Shown: positions 32,259 to 55,548, counted from the first letter of the stretch. The stretch: 64,000 bases of DNA from the human T2T-CHM13v2.0 reference genome, Homo sapiens (GCF_009914755.1 NC_060926.1); one strand, 5' to 3'. Program-made: numbers and translations. The notes: generated by a model not told the origin, from the sequence alone.

Positions 32259-33534
32259 GGCTCTTCCTTTCTTAATGGAGTACAATTCACTTCTCCAAAT
32301 ATGCATACATCTATCACTCCACTTAGCAAAAACAAAAATTTTTGTTATAAGCAATTTTCAGATTTTCTATAGTAAATTCATATTACTTTGAGAATCAGAA
32401 AATTATGAATACTCATAGCAGTTCAGTTTGGGGAAATTTTTCTCTAGGCAGCAGAGGTATTGAACGCATGTAATTTGCAAGACCAAGTCCAACTGGTTAA
32501 AATTAACCTTAGGGCTAGAAATTCCTCAACCTAAAAGGAATATGCATATCGGGTACAAATTTATCTGATATTTTGAATTATCTGTGCAGTAGTTCCTCTT
32601 AGTAAGAACAGAGACTGAAGGATTATTTGTATAGTACATAGCATTGATCAATAATTAGATGAGACAGTTAATTCTGAACTCTCAGAAAATAGTGGCATGA
32701 GCAAACATAAGACATAGGTGGTTAGAAACAAATTCCTGCTTGGTTTTATAATTTTTTAGCAGCAGTATAATTGACTTCCTAAAGTCACTCTGAACTGTTG
32801 TGGGATGAGGTTGTGCCCCATCCATACCCCAACCCAGGAAACAGGGATGCCCTTTCCATGTGCCAGGCACTGCTGTAGGAGCTAGGGTGCAGCAATAAAC
32901 AAGGTACACGAAGCCCCTCATTTATAGAGTATATGGGGAAGAGAGAATGAAGCAGAGGAGACATTTTGGAAATACTGTCAGATATATTTCTTTATTCTGT
33001 AAATCTTACTGCCATGGGACTTCCCATCCACTGCAGCAGTTGAGTTTCAGAGCCTAAGGAAAATAATAGATACCTGCTTTTTTCCCCCTAAGCCATTACT
33101 TGGCCTTTTTTCCTCCAGCAAGAAAATTGTGGTAAAAGCCTTGTGTCATTTAAAAAAAAAAAAAAAGATTTTTCGAAATTACTTTACACATCAATGGCAC
33201 TGAAGGACTCTTACACCATACTATTTTTTCCATAATGCAAAGAATACTTCTATCCAAAGCTTGCTGCCTTAGAGTAAGGAGTCCAGAGAACACCAATGCC
33301 AGTGTCTGGGGAGGTGGGGAGTGGGGTGGGGAAAGAGAGGGGTTGGGAGAATTGTATTTAAGAAGAATGGAGGGTAGAATAAAAAGAGCCCCAGCAGGTG
33401 GGACCAAGAGCTCATGGTTGGGACCTGGGGCTCCAGTTGTAACTGTCAGCGTATCAGCCCCAAGAGTCAGATAGGACCAGTTTTCCCTTTCCTATTATCT
33501 CCAGTCTAGGAAACTGTCTGGTCTAGTCACTCTA

Positions 33535-33969
<435 letters not shown>

Positions 33970-34091
33970 TTAGAAGGGAGCAGGAGGAAGGAGAAGAAAT
34001 CTGAAATACTGAACATTTTCTCCCCGCAAAACTCAACATTTGCTAAAAGAGCTCTGACTAGAAAAGGTTTGGCCCTGAGAACCCTCCTCCA

Positions 34092-34505
<414 letters not shown>

Positions 34506-34814
34506 CTATATCTGAACCCCAATTCTCAAGCAAAATATTCATTTTCTCTTTGACCTGATTTCAGTTAATAGTCCAAAGGTAAAAGAACGAGCAAATTTAA
34601 TCTAAAATGTAATGAATTCTGATAAGAATTTTAAAGTTATAGGTACATATAGAGACTGGATAATGGTCAAACCCTAATTGGAACAATACTAAGAATTAGG
34701 AGAATGGAAAGAAGTATTAACAGAAATTAAAAGCTAAAAGGACTTCATAACGAAAGTATTCTAAACCTGAATTGTGATGATGGTTTTACAACTGTCTAAA
34801 TTAACTAAAAATCA

Positions 34815-35193
<379 letters not shown>

Positions 35194-35801
35194 TCAAAAA
35201 AGAGCCTGAATAGCCGAGGCAATCCTAAGCAAAAAGAACAAAACTGGAAGCATTATGTTACCTGACTTCAAACTATACAACAGGGCTACAGAAACCAAAA
35301 CAGCATGGTACTGCTACAAAAACAGGCATATAGACCAATGGAACAGAACAGAAAGCGCAGAAATAAGGCCACATACCTATGCCCCTCTGATCTTCAACAA
35401 AGTGACAAAAACAAGCAATGGAGAAAAGACTCCCTATTCAATAAATGGTGCTGGGATAACTGGCTGGCCATATGCAGAAAATTGAAGCTAGCCTCCTTCC
35501 TTACACCATATACTAAAATCAACTGAAGGTGGATTAAAGACTTAAATGTAGAACCCCAAGGTATAAAAACCCTGGAAGACAACCTAGGCAATACCATCTT
35601 GGACAAAGGAATGGGCAAAAATTTCATGACAAAGACACCAAAAGCAATTGCAATGAAAGCAAAAATGGACAAATGGGATCTAATTAAACTTAAGAGCTCC
35701 TGCACAGCAAAAGAAACTATTAACATAGTAAACAGACAACCTACAAAATGGGAGAAAATATTTGCAAACTATACATTTGACAAAGGTCTAATATCCAGCT
35801 C

Positions 35802-36116
<315 letters not shown>

Positions 36117-36246
36117 TAAGCAACTTAAATAAATTTATAAGAGAAAAACAAACCACACCATTAAAAAGTGGGCAAAGGACATGAACAGACACTTTTCAAA
36201 AAAAGACATACCTGCAGCCAAAAACGTGAAAAAAAGTTCAATATCA

Positions 36247-36612
<366 letters not shown>

Positions 36613-37320
36613 TCACACCAGTCAGAATGGCTATTATTAAAAAGTCAAGAAATAACAGATGCTGGTGAGATTGCAGAGAAAAGGGAACACTTATACACTG
36701 TTGGTGGGAGTGTAAATTAGTTCAACCATTGCAGAAAGCAGTATGGTGATTTTTCAAAGAGCTAAAAGCACAACTACCATCCAATCCAGCAATCCCATTA
36801 ATGGGTACATACCAGAAGAATATAAATCATTCTAAAGACACATGCACATGAATGTGCATTGCGGCACTATTGACAATAGCAAAGATATGGAATCAACCTA
36901 AATGTCCATCAGTGACAGTCTGGATAAAGAAAATATGGTCCATAAACACCATGGAATACTATGCAGCCATAGAAAATAATGAGATCATGTCTTTTGTGGG
37001 AACATGGATGGATCCGGAGGCTATTAGCTTTAGCAAACTAACACAAGAACAGAAAATCCAATACTGCATGTTCTCACTTATAAGTGGGAGCTAAATGATG
37101 AGAACTCATGAACACAAAGGGAACAACAGACTCTGGGGTCTACTTGAGAGTGGAGGGTGAGAGGCAGGAGAGAAGCAGAAAATGTTATTATTGGGCAATG
37201 GGCTTAATATCTGGGTGATGAAATAATCTGTAAAACAAGCCCCCATGATACGAGTTCACCTATGTAACAAACCTTCACATATACCCCAAATCTAAAATAA
37301 AAGTGAAAAAAAAAAAAAAC

Positions 37321-42915
<5,595 letters not shown>

Positions 42916-43128
42916 GAATATCAAAATTTTATTTTACCTTCATTAATTCTTTCTCTAACAGTCTTTGTTTTTTAAATGTAGATCTGAATTTCTGACATAA
43001 CTTTTCTGTTTGCTGGAGAACTTTTTTTTAACAGTTCTTGCAAGATAGGTCTAATAGTGACAGATTGCCTCAGTTTTTATCAGCCTGAAAAAATTTTTAT
43101 TTACCTTTTACTTTGGAAAGACAATTTC

Positions 43129-43254
43129 CAAAGTAAAATACCAATGAAATTCAAAATACCAATGAAATTCTTCACAGAAATAGAAAAAACAATCCTAAAA
43201 TTTATATGGAACAACCAAAGACCCAGAATAGTCAAAGCTATCCTAAGCAAAAAT
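43129..43254 (+). repeat. Local templated insertion copied from 41207-41310
   Basis: About 100 bp near-identical to the upstream L1MA segment, preceded by an 18-mer repeat and a fold-back. Confidence 0.9.
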
Positions 43255-43734
43255 ACTGGATACAGAATTCCAGGTTTGTGGGTTTTTTTTTGCCTAACAC
43301 TTCAAATATTTCACTCCACCCTCTTCTTGCTTGCATGGTTTCTGAAGCGAAGTCCAATGTAATTCTTATTTTCATTCATCATTAGTAAGTTTTTTCATCC
43401 CTAGCTTCTTTCAAGATTTTCTCTTCTAAAGGCAAATATCAAATAGACTTGTCTGAACAAAAATAATACATTTTTATGTGAGCAACATACAAAGCAAAAC
43501 AAATACCACAAAGACATAGACAATAGACAAACTAAAAAAATACTTCCAACACACATGGTTAACAAAGGGTTAATATAATAGTCTCGATATATAAAAAGCT
43601 CTTATTAATAAACAAGGTAATTGTTTATAAAATAAGAAAAAGAAAAATAGGCAAATAACATGAAAAGGAAACTCACAAAAATTAAAATGGTCAATAAACA
43701 TATCTAACAAAAAATCTTTGATAACTGAAAATGA

Positions 43735-44077
<343 letters not shown>

Positions 44078-44940
44078 CCTCTTTCATTCTCTTTCTATCT
44101 CTCTCTTTCTGTCAATTAATGCCCAGGATTCCATAGGAAGATGATGTTCTGTTCGATATCTGTAAGTGGGGATTGACCCAGGTGTGATTCAGCCTAAATG
44201 GAAATGGACCACGGGTCTAGTCCATGTCTTAGTTTCTCTTATAGGGAGGAAGGAAATGTTCATTTACTTTCTAAAGCTCTCTCCTGCATGTTTGTCATCC
44301 TCCTTCTGGGGAGAACCAAGCTGGTTTGGTGAGGTCCTAGCTTAGAAGTTGATGACCAGGGTGGCCAGGAGCAGAGGGAGGGAGGCAGAATGAAAGTCCA
44401 GACACATTTCTGAGAGGATACTCAGGGTTACACCAGGAGAAGTCCCACCTCTCTGTGAAAGGGAGGCAGGGCCCAAAGGTCAAGGGCCAAGTAAATATAG
44501 GAAAGGATTTTGGTGGTTCTCAGGATGGGGTAGGTGGATTGTGGAGATGAGGTATTTGAAAGGTGTAAGGAGGGATTGAGTAGAGAGGAGTTAGGGAGTA
44601 CTTGATATGTGGGTGAATGAGGCTGAAGTACACACTCCTTTGTGGGTGGCAACTAAAAGCGTGAGGTGAGTTGACCTAATTAAAAGCTCAAAGGAGACAA
44701 CGTGGACTTGTCCAAACCTCCTAGCTGCCAACTTCCCACCTGCAGTCAGAGAACACGGCACGACCTGACGACCAGATTGAAAGTCACACAGAGCTCGATT
44801 TTGTAAATAGTTACAGAAAGGATTTATAGCCATGAAAATTTCTCTAGACTTCTTCCTGCTACTGTCCCAGCCATAATGCTCTACATAGAGAGGTGCACTC
44901 ACGGATTTCCCTATAATCCCTAGAGCATTGCACATCTCAC

Positions 44941-45565
44941 TGAAGTAAGAGAATAGGGTCTGGAGGCAGGGAACCTAAGGATGATTGACACTGACTTCCT
45001 AGAACTAAATCAAAAGGAAACCCAACTTTCCACACCCAGGTAACAAAAGAATAGAAGCTACTCCCCTTTGCAATCTCCTGCTTTCTGTGTCACAGATGAG
45101 AAACGGAAAGTACCTCTGATTGCTCCCCTCTGGCAACCAGTCAGACTGGTCATGGACCTAGTTTTCATTTGCATAGGGGTGTAAGTTTTTAACTTCACTT
45201 CAGCCTCTGATTGGCCCCCTCCCATAGCCAATCAGATGTTTGCATAGAGTGTAATTTTGTAATTTCCCTTCAGCCTCTGATTGTTTGGTGTTCAGACTGG
45301 TCGCAGGCCACTCCTACATTTAAATAGGGTGTAAACCAAGTAACCAATGGGAAACCTTTAGAGGGTAAACCCCAGAAAATTCTATAACCAGTGCTCTTGA
45401 GCTGCTTGCTTGAGCCTGCCCCCACTCTGTAGAATGTACTTTCATTTCAATAAATCTATGCTTTTGTTGCTTCGTTCTTTTGTTGCTTTGTGTGTTTTGT
45501 CCAATTCTTTGTTCAAAACACCAAGAGCCTGGACTACTCTCAGTCAAGACCCTCCACGGGTAACA
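44941..45565 (+). mobile_element. Solo LTR, MER51A/B-type (ERV1)
   Basis: tgaagtaagagaatagggtctggaggcagggaacctaagg...ggtaaca; 4-bp TSD tcac/tcgc; AATAAA near 45449. Confidence 0.88.
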
Positions 45566-45954
45566 TCGCCATTCCTTCTCATTCAACCATGGAAATCTAT
45601 CTCATTATTTTTCCTGAAACCAGATTCCCTAAATGTCTGTACCACAAGCTAAAGTCACACTACTCAAACCCCTGGCGTCAGCTTTGACATTCTCTCATTT
45701 ATTCATTCACTCATTCATTTTTCCTTTCATTGAGCAAACATTATTGAGCCTTACTACATCCATACACTGTTCGAGGGTCTGGGATACCGTGTAGTTAACC
45801 AAACAGACTGATAATTGTCTCACAGGACATACTATCAAGCATTCGTCAAATCTTACTGTCTCTGCCACAGATCTGTATGTCTACTCTTTCAACAACAGCA
45901 CACTGCCTTGATTTCTGTAGCTTAAAAATAACCCTATAAATTAGGGTTATGTAA

Positions 45955-46263
<309 letters not shown>

Positions 46264-46793
46264 AATATTAATATTTTAATTTTTGCTTCATATACTGTGG
46301 TTATATTAATCCTTTCTTTTCTACTACCATTCCAGTTCAGTAGTCCAGCACACTGGGCCAGAACTTTTCCAGAGGCCTCCTGTCTCCCTGTGTGCATCAT
46401 CTCCTGCACTGTATCCATCCTATATTTCACCCATTCCTAAAGTGGTAGAGCATCAGAGACATGTAAGATTTACAAATGCAGACAGAGCCTTGGACCCCAG
46501 CCTCCAGCCCAAACTTACTGAATAAGAACGGTGGTAGGCCCAAGGAATCTATATATCTTTAAAGTTAGTTCTATGATTCTGATGCACAGTCAGGTTTGAG
46601 AACCACTTCTATACGTTAGTGCCAAATACAATTCTGCTCGCTAAAAATTCTTTGAGAAATTCTCATTCTCTACAGAATAAACTAAAACATTAGCCTGGTA
46701 TTCAGTATTCCAATGTATGTATCCCAACTTTTTTTTTTTTTAACTAAAATTCTAGTTTACCTTCAGTTTGTAACCTTGATAAAAATCACTTAA

Positions 46794-47304
<511 letters not shown>

Positions 47305-48470
47305 TTAAATAAGCAAGTACAAAATAAAGGATACAGTCTTTATTAGTTACTCTGTGCTACAAAAACGCTTCTGGAACTAGTTTTTAAACATTTGAAGTCA
47401 CAATGTATTTACTTGTTTCTCCTAACACCTTTTTGATGGTAATTGTTGTCCTCTACCCTATGTTCTTTTTCTTTCCTATCTCCCTTCCCTTCTGCTTCTT
47501 GGTTCTCTTCCAAATCTTTTTCTCATTTAAATAGTCATACTCACACTTGCCAAAGCAAATTAGTTCATTTTCTTTTTGTTAATCACAAAGTAATACATAT
47601 TTGTTGTAAAGAATTTTGATGACATAGAAGAAAAATACAATAAAAAGTAAAAGTGCTCTCTCCCCTTCTACCCCAAATTCACTCCTTGGAGGCAACCCCT
47701 ATTCACAGTTTTGATGCAAAGCTCTTAAACATGTCTTACATTTGCACTTTCCGCAGGAATTCTGCACCTCCTCTCAGGATTGGTTCTACCATGCCAACCA
47801 CATTTGTCTCTGCCGGCTTTTTCTCCCTGTCTTAAACACTCGTGAATCACAACACACCCAGGACAATTCTTGCCCATGACCTTCTTTCTGACCATAGAAA
47901 ACAGATTGACCAGTTGCACGCTATTATTTTTCCAACTTCATCTCAAAAACAGTATTTTAATTGCCACTAACCTTTCTGCTATCACATACTTTGGGACTCC
48001 CTGCTGCACTCAGGACCAGGCATTTCTGAAGTGCCCTTTAACAACCAGCAGAAGAGGTGACTGACTACATGAGATGATTTCCTGAGCTCTAGAAAGATTT
48101 TTCATCACTCTTCCTACCAGATATTTCCTCTGCCAGAGGCCAAGATTTGGAATCCCTCCAATTTTTTTTATTGCAGCTTTATTGAAATATAATTCACATA
48201 CCATAACTTTAAAGTGTATAGTTCAATGGATTTTAGGATATTCACAGATCTGTGCAACCATGAATACAGTCAATTTTAGAACACTTTCATCACCCAAAAT
48301 AAACCCCATACCCATTAGTAGCCATTCCCTATTTCTCCCCAACTCTCTAAGTCCTATGCAACCACTGATGTACTTTCTCTCTTTATGGATTCATCTATTC
48401 TGTATATCTCACATAAGTGGATTCATAAAATATGTGGTCCTTTGTGACTGGCTTCTTTCACTTAGTGCAA

Positions 48471-48774
<304 letters not shown>

Positions 48775-48800
48775 ACTTAGTGTAATTTTTAAAAAGTTCA

Positions 48801-49209
<409 letters not shown>

Positions 49210-50191
49210 TTACTCATCAGTTGATGGACATTTGGGTTGTTTCCACTTTTTGCCTATGATGAATAATGCTGTTATGAACTCTCACATAAAAGCTTGTGTA
49301 TGAACATATGTTTTCATTTCTTTTGGGCAAATACCAAGGAGTGAAATTTCTGGGTCACATGGCAACTCTATATTTAATGCTTTTAGGAACTACTACATTG
49401 ATTTCCAGCATTGCTGCACCATTTTATAGTCCCACTAGTAGTTTATGAGGGTTTCAATTTTTCTGTATTCTTACCAACACTTGTTATTTTTCATTGTTTT
49501 TATAGCCATCCAAGTGGTATCTCATTGTGGTTTTAATTTGCACTTCCCTAATGACACGATGTTGAGCATATTTTCATGTGTTTTTTAGATATTTTTATAT
49601 GTTTCTTGGAGAAATGTCCATTCAGATCCTTTGACTGTTTCAACTGGGTTATTTTTTTTTATTATTGAATTGTAAGAATTATTTATATATTTTGGATACA
49701 GATCCCTTATTAGATATATAATTTGCAATTTTTTTCATTTTGTGTGTTTTTTCTCACTTTCTTGATGATGTCCTTTGAAGCACAGAACCTTTTTACTTCT
49801 GATCACGCCCAATTTATCTATTTTTTCTTTTGTTGCTTGTGATTTTTGTGTTATATGCAAGAAATCGTTGACAAATCCAAGGTTAAGATGAATTATACCT
49901 ATGCTTTCTTCTAAGAATTTTATAATTCAGTTCTTACATTTAGGTTTTTGATCCATTTTGAGTTAATTTTTGTATACGGTGTTAGGTAGGGATCCAACTT
50001 CATTCTTTTGGCTATTCAGTTGTCCTAGGACAATGTGTTGAAGTAACTACTTTTCCTCATTGAATTGTCTTGGTACTCCTTTAACAATTTAAAAAGACAG
50101 AGCACCATAAAATCCTATGTTTTCAGTGTTGGAAAAGACCTTGGGAATCTGTATTGATCAGACTTCTTAGGTGCAGACGTCAGAAAACACT

Positions 50192-50503
50192 GTTTTGTTT
50201 CTTTCTTTTTAGAAACAGGGTCTCGCCCTGTCACCCAGGCTAGAGTGCAGTGGTGCAATCATAGCTCATTACAGCCTTGAACTCCTGGGGGTCAAGTGAT
50301 CCTCCTGCCTCAGCCTCCTGAATAGTTGGACTGAATAGGACTACAGACACACAGCACCAGAGCTAATTATTTTAATTTTTTTTTTAGTAGAGATGAGTTC
50401 TTTCTTTGTTGCCTAGGCTGGTCTTGAACCCCTGGCCTCAAGTGATCCTCCTGCCCTGGACTACCAAAGTACTGGGTGATAGGTGTGAGTCACCACGCCC
50501 AGC
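50192..50503 (-). mobile_element. Alu (AluJ-like)
   Basis: Diverged antisense Alu. Confidence 0.88.
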
Positions 50504-50577
50504 ATACTGTAGCTATTTTAATTGGGAAAAAATTTATAAATTGTCGTTGGAACAAAAAAAAGACACAGGCTCAAGTC

Positions 50578-50746
50578 TAGAGATTCTCAAACTTGGCTAC
50601 ACATTGGAATCACCTGGGAGCTAATGCCCATGGCACACCTCATCTCATAAATCAGATTGTTTGCAACAGAACCCAGGCATCAGTATATTAAATAATCTCC
50701 TCAGGTGATTCCAATAAACAGCTAAGATTGAGAATCAGTACTCTAG
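50578..50746. mobile_element. MER5A-like hAT MITE
   Basis: ttctcaaacttggctacacattggaatcacctggg...ttgagaatcagt. Confidence 0.75.
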
Positions 50747-51140
50747 ACTGAGCCCTTAGGAGTAACATCTAGACCCACATTGCTGAACTGGCCTAATGAG
50801 GAAGCTGTTCAGCAAGCTGTAGCCACTGATGACAACCCCAGAAACACTGCCTCTGCAGTCATCTGTGCTAGCAATGAATGTACCCTCAGTGGCCAGGCTG
50901 TTTCCTTAGGTAGCTCTTTCTGAATCAAAGTCTTACATAGGTGCATCTGAATGGTACATCCTATCACATGCCCTCACCCTAATGCTAAAGTAACCTTGGA
51001 AAATAGTTTATTTAGATTTTTCAATTGGAAGGTGAGACTCGTAATATGAACTATTAAAATGTGATGAGAATGTTAAAATAAATTTTTTTTGGAGCAAATA
51101 AGAAAAGTAGGGTCAATTGGTTGGTTACAAATCTGGATGC

Positions 51141-53478
51141 GAAGAATTACATATCCTGAGCAGACCAATAACAAGTAGAGAGATTGAAATGGTAACTTAA
51201 AAATTACCAACACAAAAAAGTCCAGGACCAGATGGATTCACAGCAGAATTCTACCAGACATTCAAAGAAGAACTGGTACCGATCCTTTTGACACTATTCC
51301 AGAATATACAGAAAGAAGGAAGCCTCCTTAATTCATTCTATGAAGCAGCATCACCCTAATACCAAAACCAGGAAATGACATGACCAGAAAAGAACACTGC
51401 AGACCGATATCCTTGATGAACATAGATGCTAAAACCCTTAACAAAATACAAGCTCACTGAAACTAACAACATATTAAAAAGATAATCCACCATGATAAAG
51501 TGGGCTTCACACCAGGGATGCAAGGATGGTTTAACATACGCAAGTCAATAAATGAGATACACCACATAAACATAATTAAAAACAAAAATCACATGATCAT
51601 CTCAATAGATGCAGAAAAAGCATTAGACTAAATCCAGCATCCCTTTATGATTAAAACCCTCAGCAAAATCGGCATACAAGGGACATACCTTAATGTAACA
51701 AAAGTCATCTATGACAAACCCACAGCCAACATAATACTGAATGGGGAAATGTTGAAAGCATTCCCTCTGAGAATGAGAACAAGACAAGGGTGCCCACTCT
51801 CACCACTCCTCTTCAACATAGTACTGGAAGTCCTAGCCAGAGCAGTCAGACAAGAGAAAGAAATAAAGGGCATCCAAATTGGTAAAGAGGAAGTCAAACT
51901 TTTCCTGTTTGCTGATGATATGATTGTTTACCTTGAAAACCCTAAGGACTCCTCCAGAAAGCTCCTAGAACTGATAAAAGGATTCAGCAAAGTTTCAGGA
52001 TACAAAGTTAATGTACACAAATCAGTAGCTCTTTTATACACCAACAGCGACAAAGCGGAGAATCAAATCAAGAACTCAACCCCTTCTACAATAGCTTAAA
52101 AAAAAAAAAACAACTTAGGGATATACCTAAAAAGGAGTTGAAAGACCTCTACAAGGAAAACTACAAAACACTGCTGAAAGCAATCACAGATGACACAAAC
52201 AAATGGAAACACAACCCATGCTCATGGATGAGTAGAATCAATATTGTGCAAATGGCCATACTGCTAAAAGCAATCTACAAATTCAGTGCAATCCCCATCA
52301 AAATACCACCATTATTCTTCACACAGTTAGAAAAAACAATTCTAAAATTCATATGAAACCAAAAAAGAGCCCGCATAGCCAAAGCAAGACTAAGAAAAAG
52401 AATAAACCTGGAGGCATCACACTACCTGATTTCAAACTATACTATAAGGCAAAAGTCACCAAAACAGTGTGGTACTGGTATAAAAACAGCCACATAGACC
52501 AATGGAACAGAATACAGAACCCAGAAATAAACCTAAATGCTTACAGCCAACTGATCTTTGACAAAGCAAACAAAGACATGAAGTGGGAAAAGGACACCCT
52601 TTTCAACAAATGGTGCTGGAATAATTGGCTAGCCACGTGTAAGAAAATGAAACCGGATCCTCACCTCTCATCTCATACAAAAATCAGCTCAAGATGGATT
52701 AAGGACTTAAACCTAAGACCTGAAACCATAAAAATTCTAGAAGATAACATTGGAAAAATCCTTCTAGCCATTGGCTTAGGCAAGGATTTCATGACCTAGA
52801 ACCCAACAGCAAATGCAAGAACAACACAGATAAATAAATAGCTGGGACCTAATTAAACTAAAGAGCTTTTGCATGGCAAAAGGAACAAAAAAGCAGAGTA
52901 AACAGATGACCCACAGAGTTGGAGAAAATCTTCATAATCTATACATCTGACAAATGTCTAACGTCCAGAATCTACAACAAACTCAAATCAGTAAGAAAAA
53001 ACAAAAAAATCCCATCAAAAAGTGGGCTAAGGACATGAATAGACAATTCTCAAAAGAAGATACACAAATGGCCAACAAACACAAGAAAAAATGCTCAAAA
53101 TCACTAATGATCAGGGAAATGCAAATCAAAACCACAATGCAATACCACCTTACACCTGCAAGAATGGCCATAATCAAAAAATTAAAAAAAACAGTAGATG
53201 TTGGCATGGATGCAGTGATCAGCGAACACTTACACACTGTTGGTGGGAATGTAAACCAATACAGCCACTATGGAAACAGTGTGGAGATTCCTTAAAGAGC
53301 TAAAAGTAAAACTACCACTTGATCCAGCAATCCCACTACTGGATATCTACCCAGAGGAAAATAAATCGTTATTTGAAAAAGACACTTGCACATGCATGGT
53401 TATAGCACAATTCACAATTGCACAATTGTGGAACTAACTCAAATGCCCATCAATCAAAGAGTGGATAAAGAAACTGTG
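51141..53478 (+). mobile_element. L1PB1-type element, 5' part (ORF2 RT region onward)
   Basis: RT motif [13 protein letters not shown]; continues at 59837. Confidence 0.9.
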
Positions 53479-53808
53479 TGCATGGCGCTCCGTTCCAAGA
53501 TGGCTGAATACGAACAGCTCCGGTCTGCAGCTCCCAGTGTGATTGACGCAGAAGATGGGTGATTTCTGCATTTCCAACTGAGGTACCTGGTTCATCTCAC
53601 TGGGACTGGTTGGACAGTGGGTGCAGCCCATGGAGGGCAAGCCGAGCACGGTGGGTGTCGCCTCACCTGGGAAGCACAAGGGGTCAGGGGATTTCCCTTT
53701 CCTAGCCAAGGGAGGCTGTGATAGACTGTACCTGGAAAAACAAGACACATTCGCCCAAATACTGCAATTTTCCCATAGTCTTAGCAACTGGCAGACCAGG
53801 AGATTCTC

Positions 53809-53922
53809 TCATACGCCTGACTTGGCAGGTCCCATGCCCACGGAGCCTTGCTCACTGCTAGCACAGCAGTCTAAGATCAATCTGCAAGGCTGCAGCCTGC
53901 TCGGGGGAGGGACACCCACCAT
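53809..53922 (-). pseudogene. Truncated L1 ORF0 homologue (37 aa)
   Basis: MVGVPPPSRLQPCRLILDCCASSEQGSVGMGPAKSGV* resembles the ORF0 N-terminus. Confidence 0.7.
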
Positions 53923-54522
53923 TGCTGAGTCTTGAGTAGGGAAACAAAGTGGCTGGGAAGCTTCAACTGGGGCAGAGCCCACCACAGTTCAGCAAGGCCT
54001 ACTGCCTCTATAGACTCCATCTCTGTGGGCAGGGCAGAGCTCAACAAAAGGCAGCAGAAACTTCTGCAGACTTAAAAGTCCCTGTCTGACAGCTCTGAAG
54101 AGAGCAGTGGTTCTCCCAGCATGGCATTTGAGCTCTGAGAATGTACAGACTGCCTCCTCAAGTGGGTCCCTGACCACCGTGTAGCCTAACTGGGAGACAC
54201 CTCCCAGTAGGGGCCAACAGACACCTCATACAGGTGGATGTCCGTCTGGGATGAAGCTTCCAGAGGAAGGATCAGGCAGCAATATTTGCTGTTCTGCAAT
54301 ATTTGCTGTTCTGCAGCCTCCACTGGTGATGCCCAGGCAAACAGGGTCTGGAGTGAACCTCCAGCAAACTCCAACAGATTTGCAGCTAAGGGACCTGACT
54401 GTTAGAAGGAAAACTAACAAACAGGAAGGAATAGCATCAACATCAACAAAAAGGACATCCATACGAAAACCTCATCTGTAGGTCACCAACATCAAAGACC
54501 AAAGCTAGATAAAACCACAAAG

Positions 54523-55548
54523 ATGGGGAGAAACCATAGCAGAAAAGCTGATAATTCTAAAAACCAGAGCGCCTCTTCTCCTCCAAAGGATTGCAGCTCC
54601 TTGCCAGCAATGGAACAAAGCTGGACAGAGAATGACTTTGATGAGTTGACAAAAGTAGGCTTCAGAAGGTCAGTAATAACAAACTTCTCTGAGCTAAAGG
54701 AACATGTTCTAACTCATTTCAAGAAAGCTAAAAGCATTGAAAAAAGGTTAGACGAATGGCTAACTAGAATCAACAGTGTAGAAAAGACCTTAAATGACCT
54801 GATGGAGCTGAAAACTATGGCACGAGAACTTCGTGACACATGCACAAGCTTCAATAGTCAATTTGATCAAGTGGAAGAAAGGATATCAGTGATTGAAGAT
54901 AAAATTAATGAAATAAAGTGAGAAGACAAGATTAGAGAAAAAAGAGTAAAAAGAATTGAGCAAAGCCTCCAAGAAATATGGGACTATGTGAAAAGACCAA
55001 AACTGCATTTGATTGGTGTACCTGAAAGTGATGGGGAGAATGGAACCAAGTTGGAAAACACTCTTCAGGATATTATCCAGGAGAACTTCTCCAACCTAGC
55101 AAGGCAGGCCAACATTCAAATTCAGGAAATGCAGGTAACACCACAAAGATACTCCTCGAGAAGAGCAACCCCAAGACACATAATTGTCAGATTCACCAAG
55201 GTTGAAATGAAGGAAAAAATGTTAAGGGCAGCCAGAGAGAAAGGTTGGGTTACCCACAAAGGGAAGCCCATCAGACTAACACCAGATCTCTCAGCAGAAA
55301 CCCTACAAGCCAGAAGAGAGTGCGGGCCAATATACAATGTTCTTAAAGGAAAGAATTTTCAACCCAGAATTTCATATCCAGCCAAACTAAGGTTCATAAG
55401 TAAAGGAGAAATAAAATCCTTTACAGACAAGCAAATGCTGAGAGATTTTGTCACCACCAGGCCTGCCTTACAAGAGCTCCTGAAGGAAGCACTAAACATG
55501 GAAAGGAACAACTGGTACCAGCCACTGCAAAAACATGCCAAATTGTAA
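54523..55548 (+). pseudogene. L1 ORF1p, interrupted by one TGA at 54919-54921
   Basis: ORF-track pieces 54523-54921 and 54988-55548 share a frame; the sequence between them is open. Confidence 0.93.

Noticed and set aside
54280-54313. 17-bp tandem repeat caatatttgctgttctg in the L1 5' UTR
   Set aside because: As I recall it, a normal feature of the L1PA6/7 consensus rather than a local event
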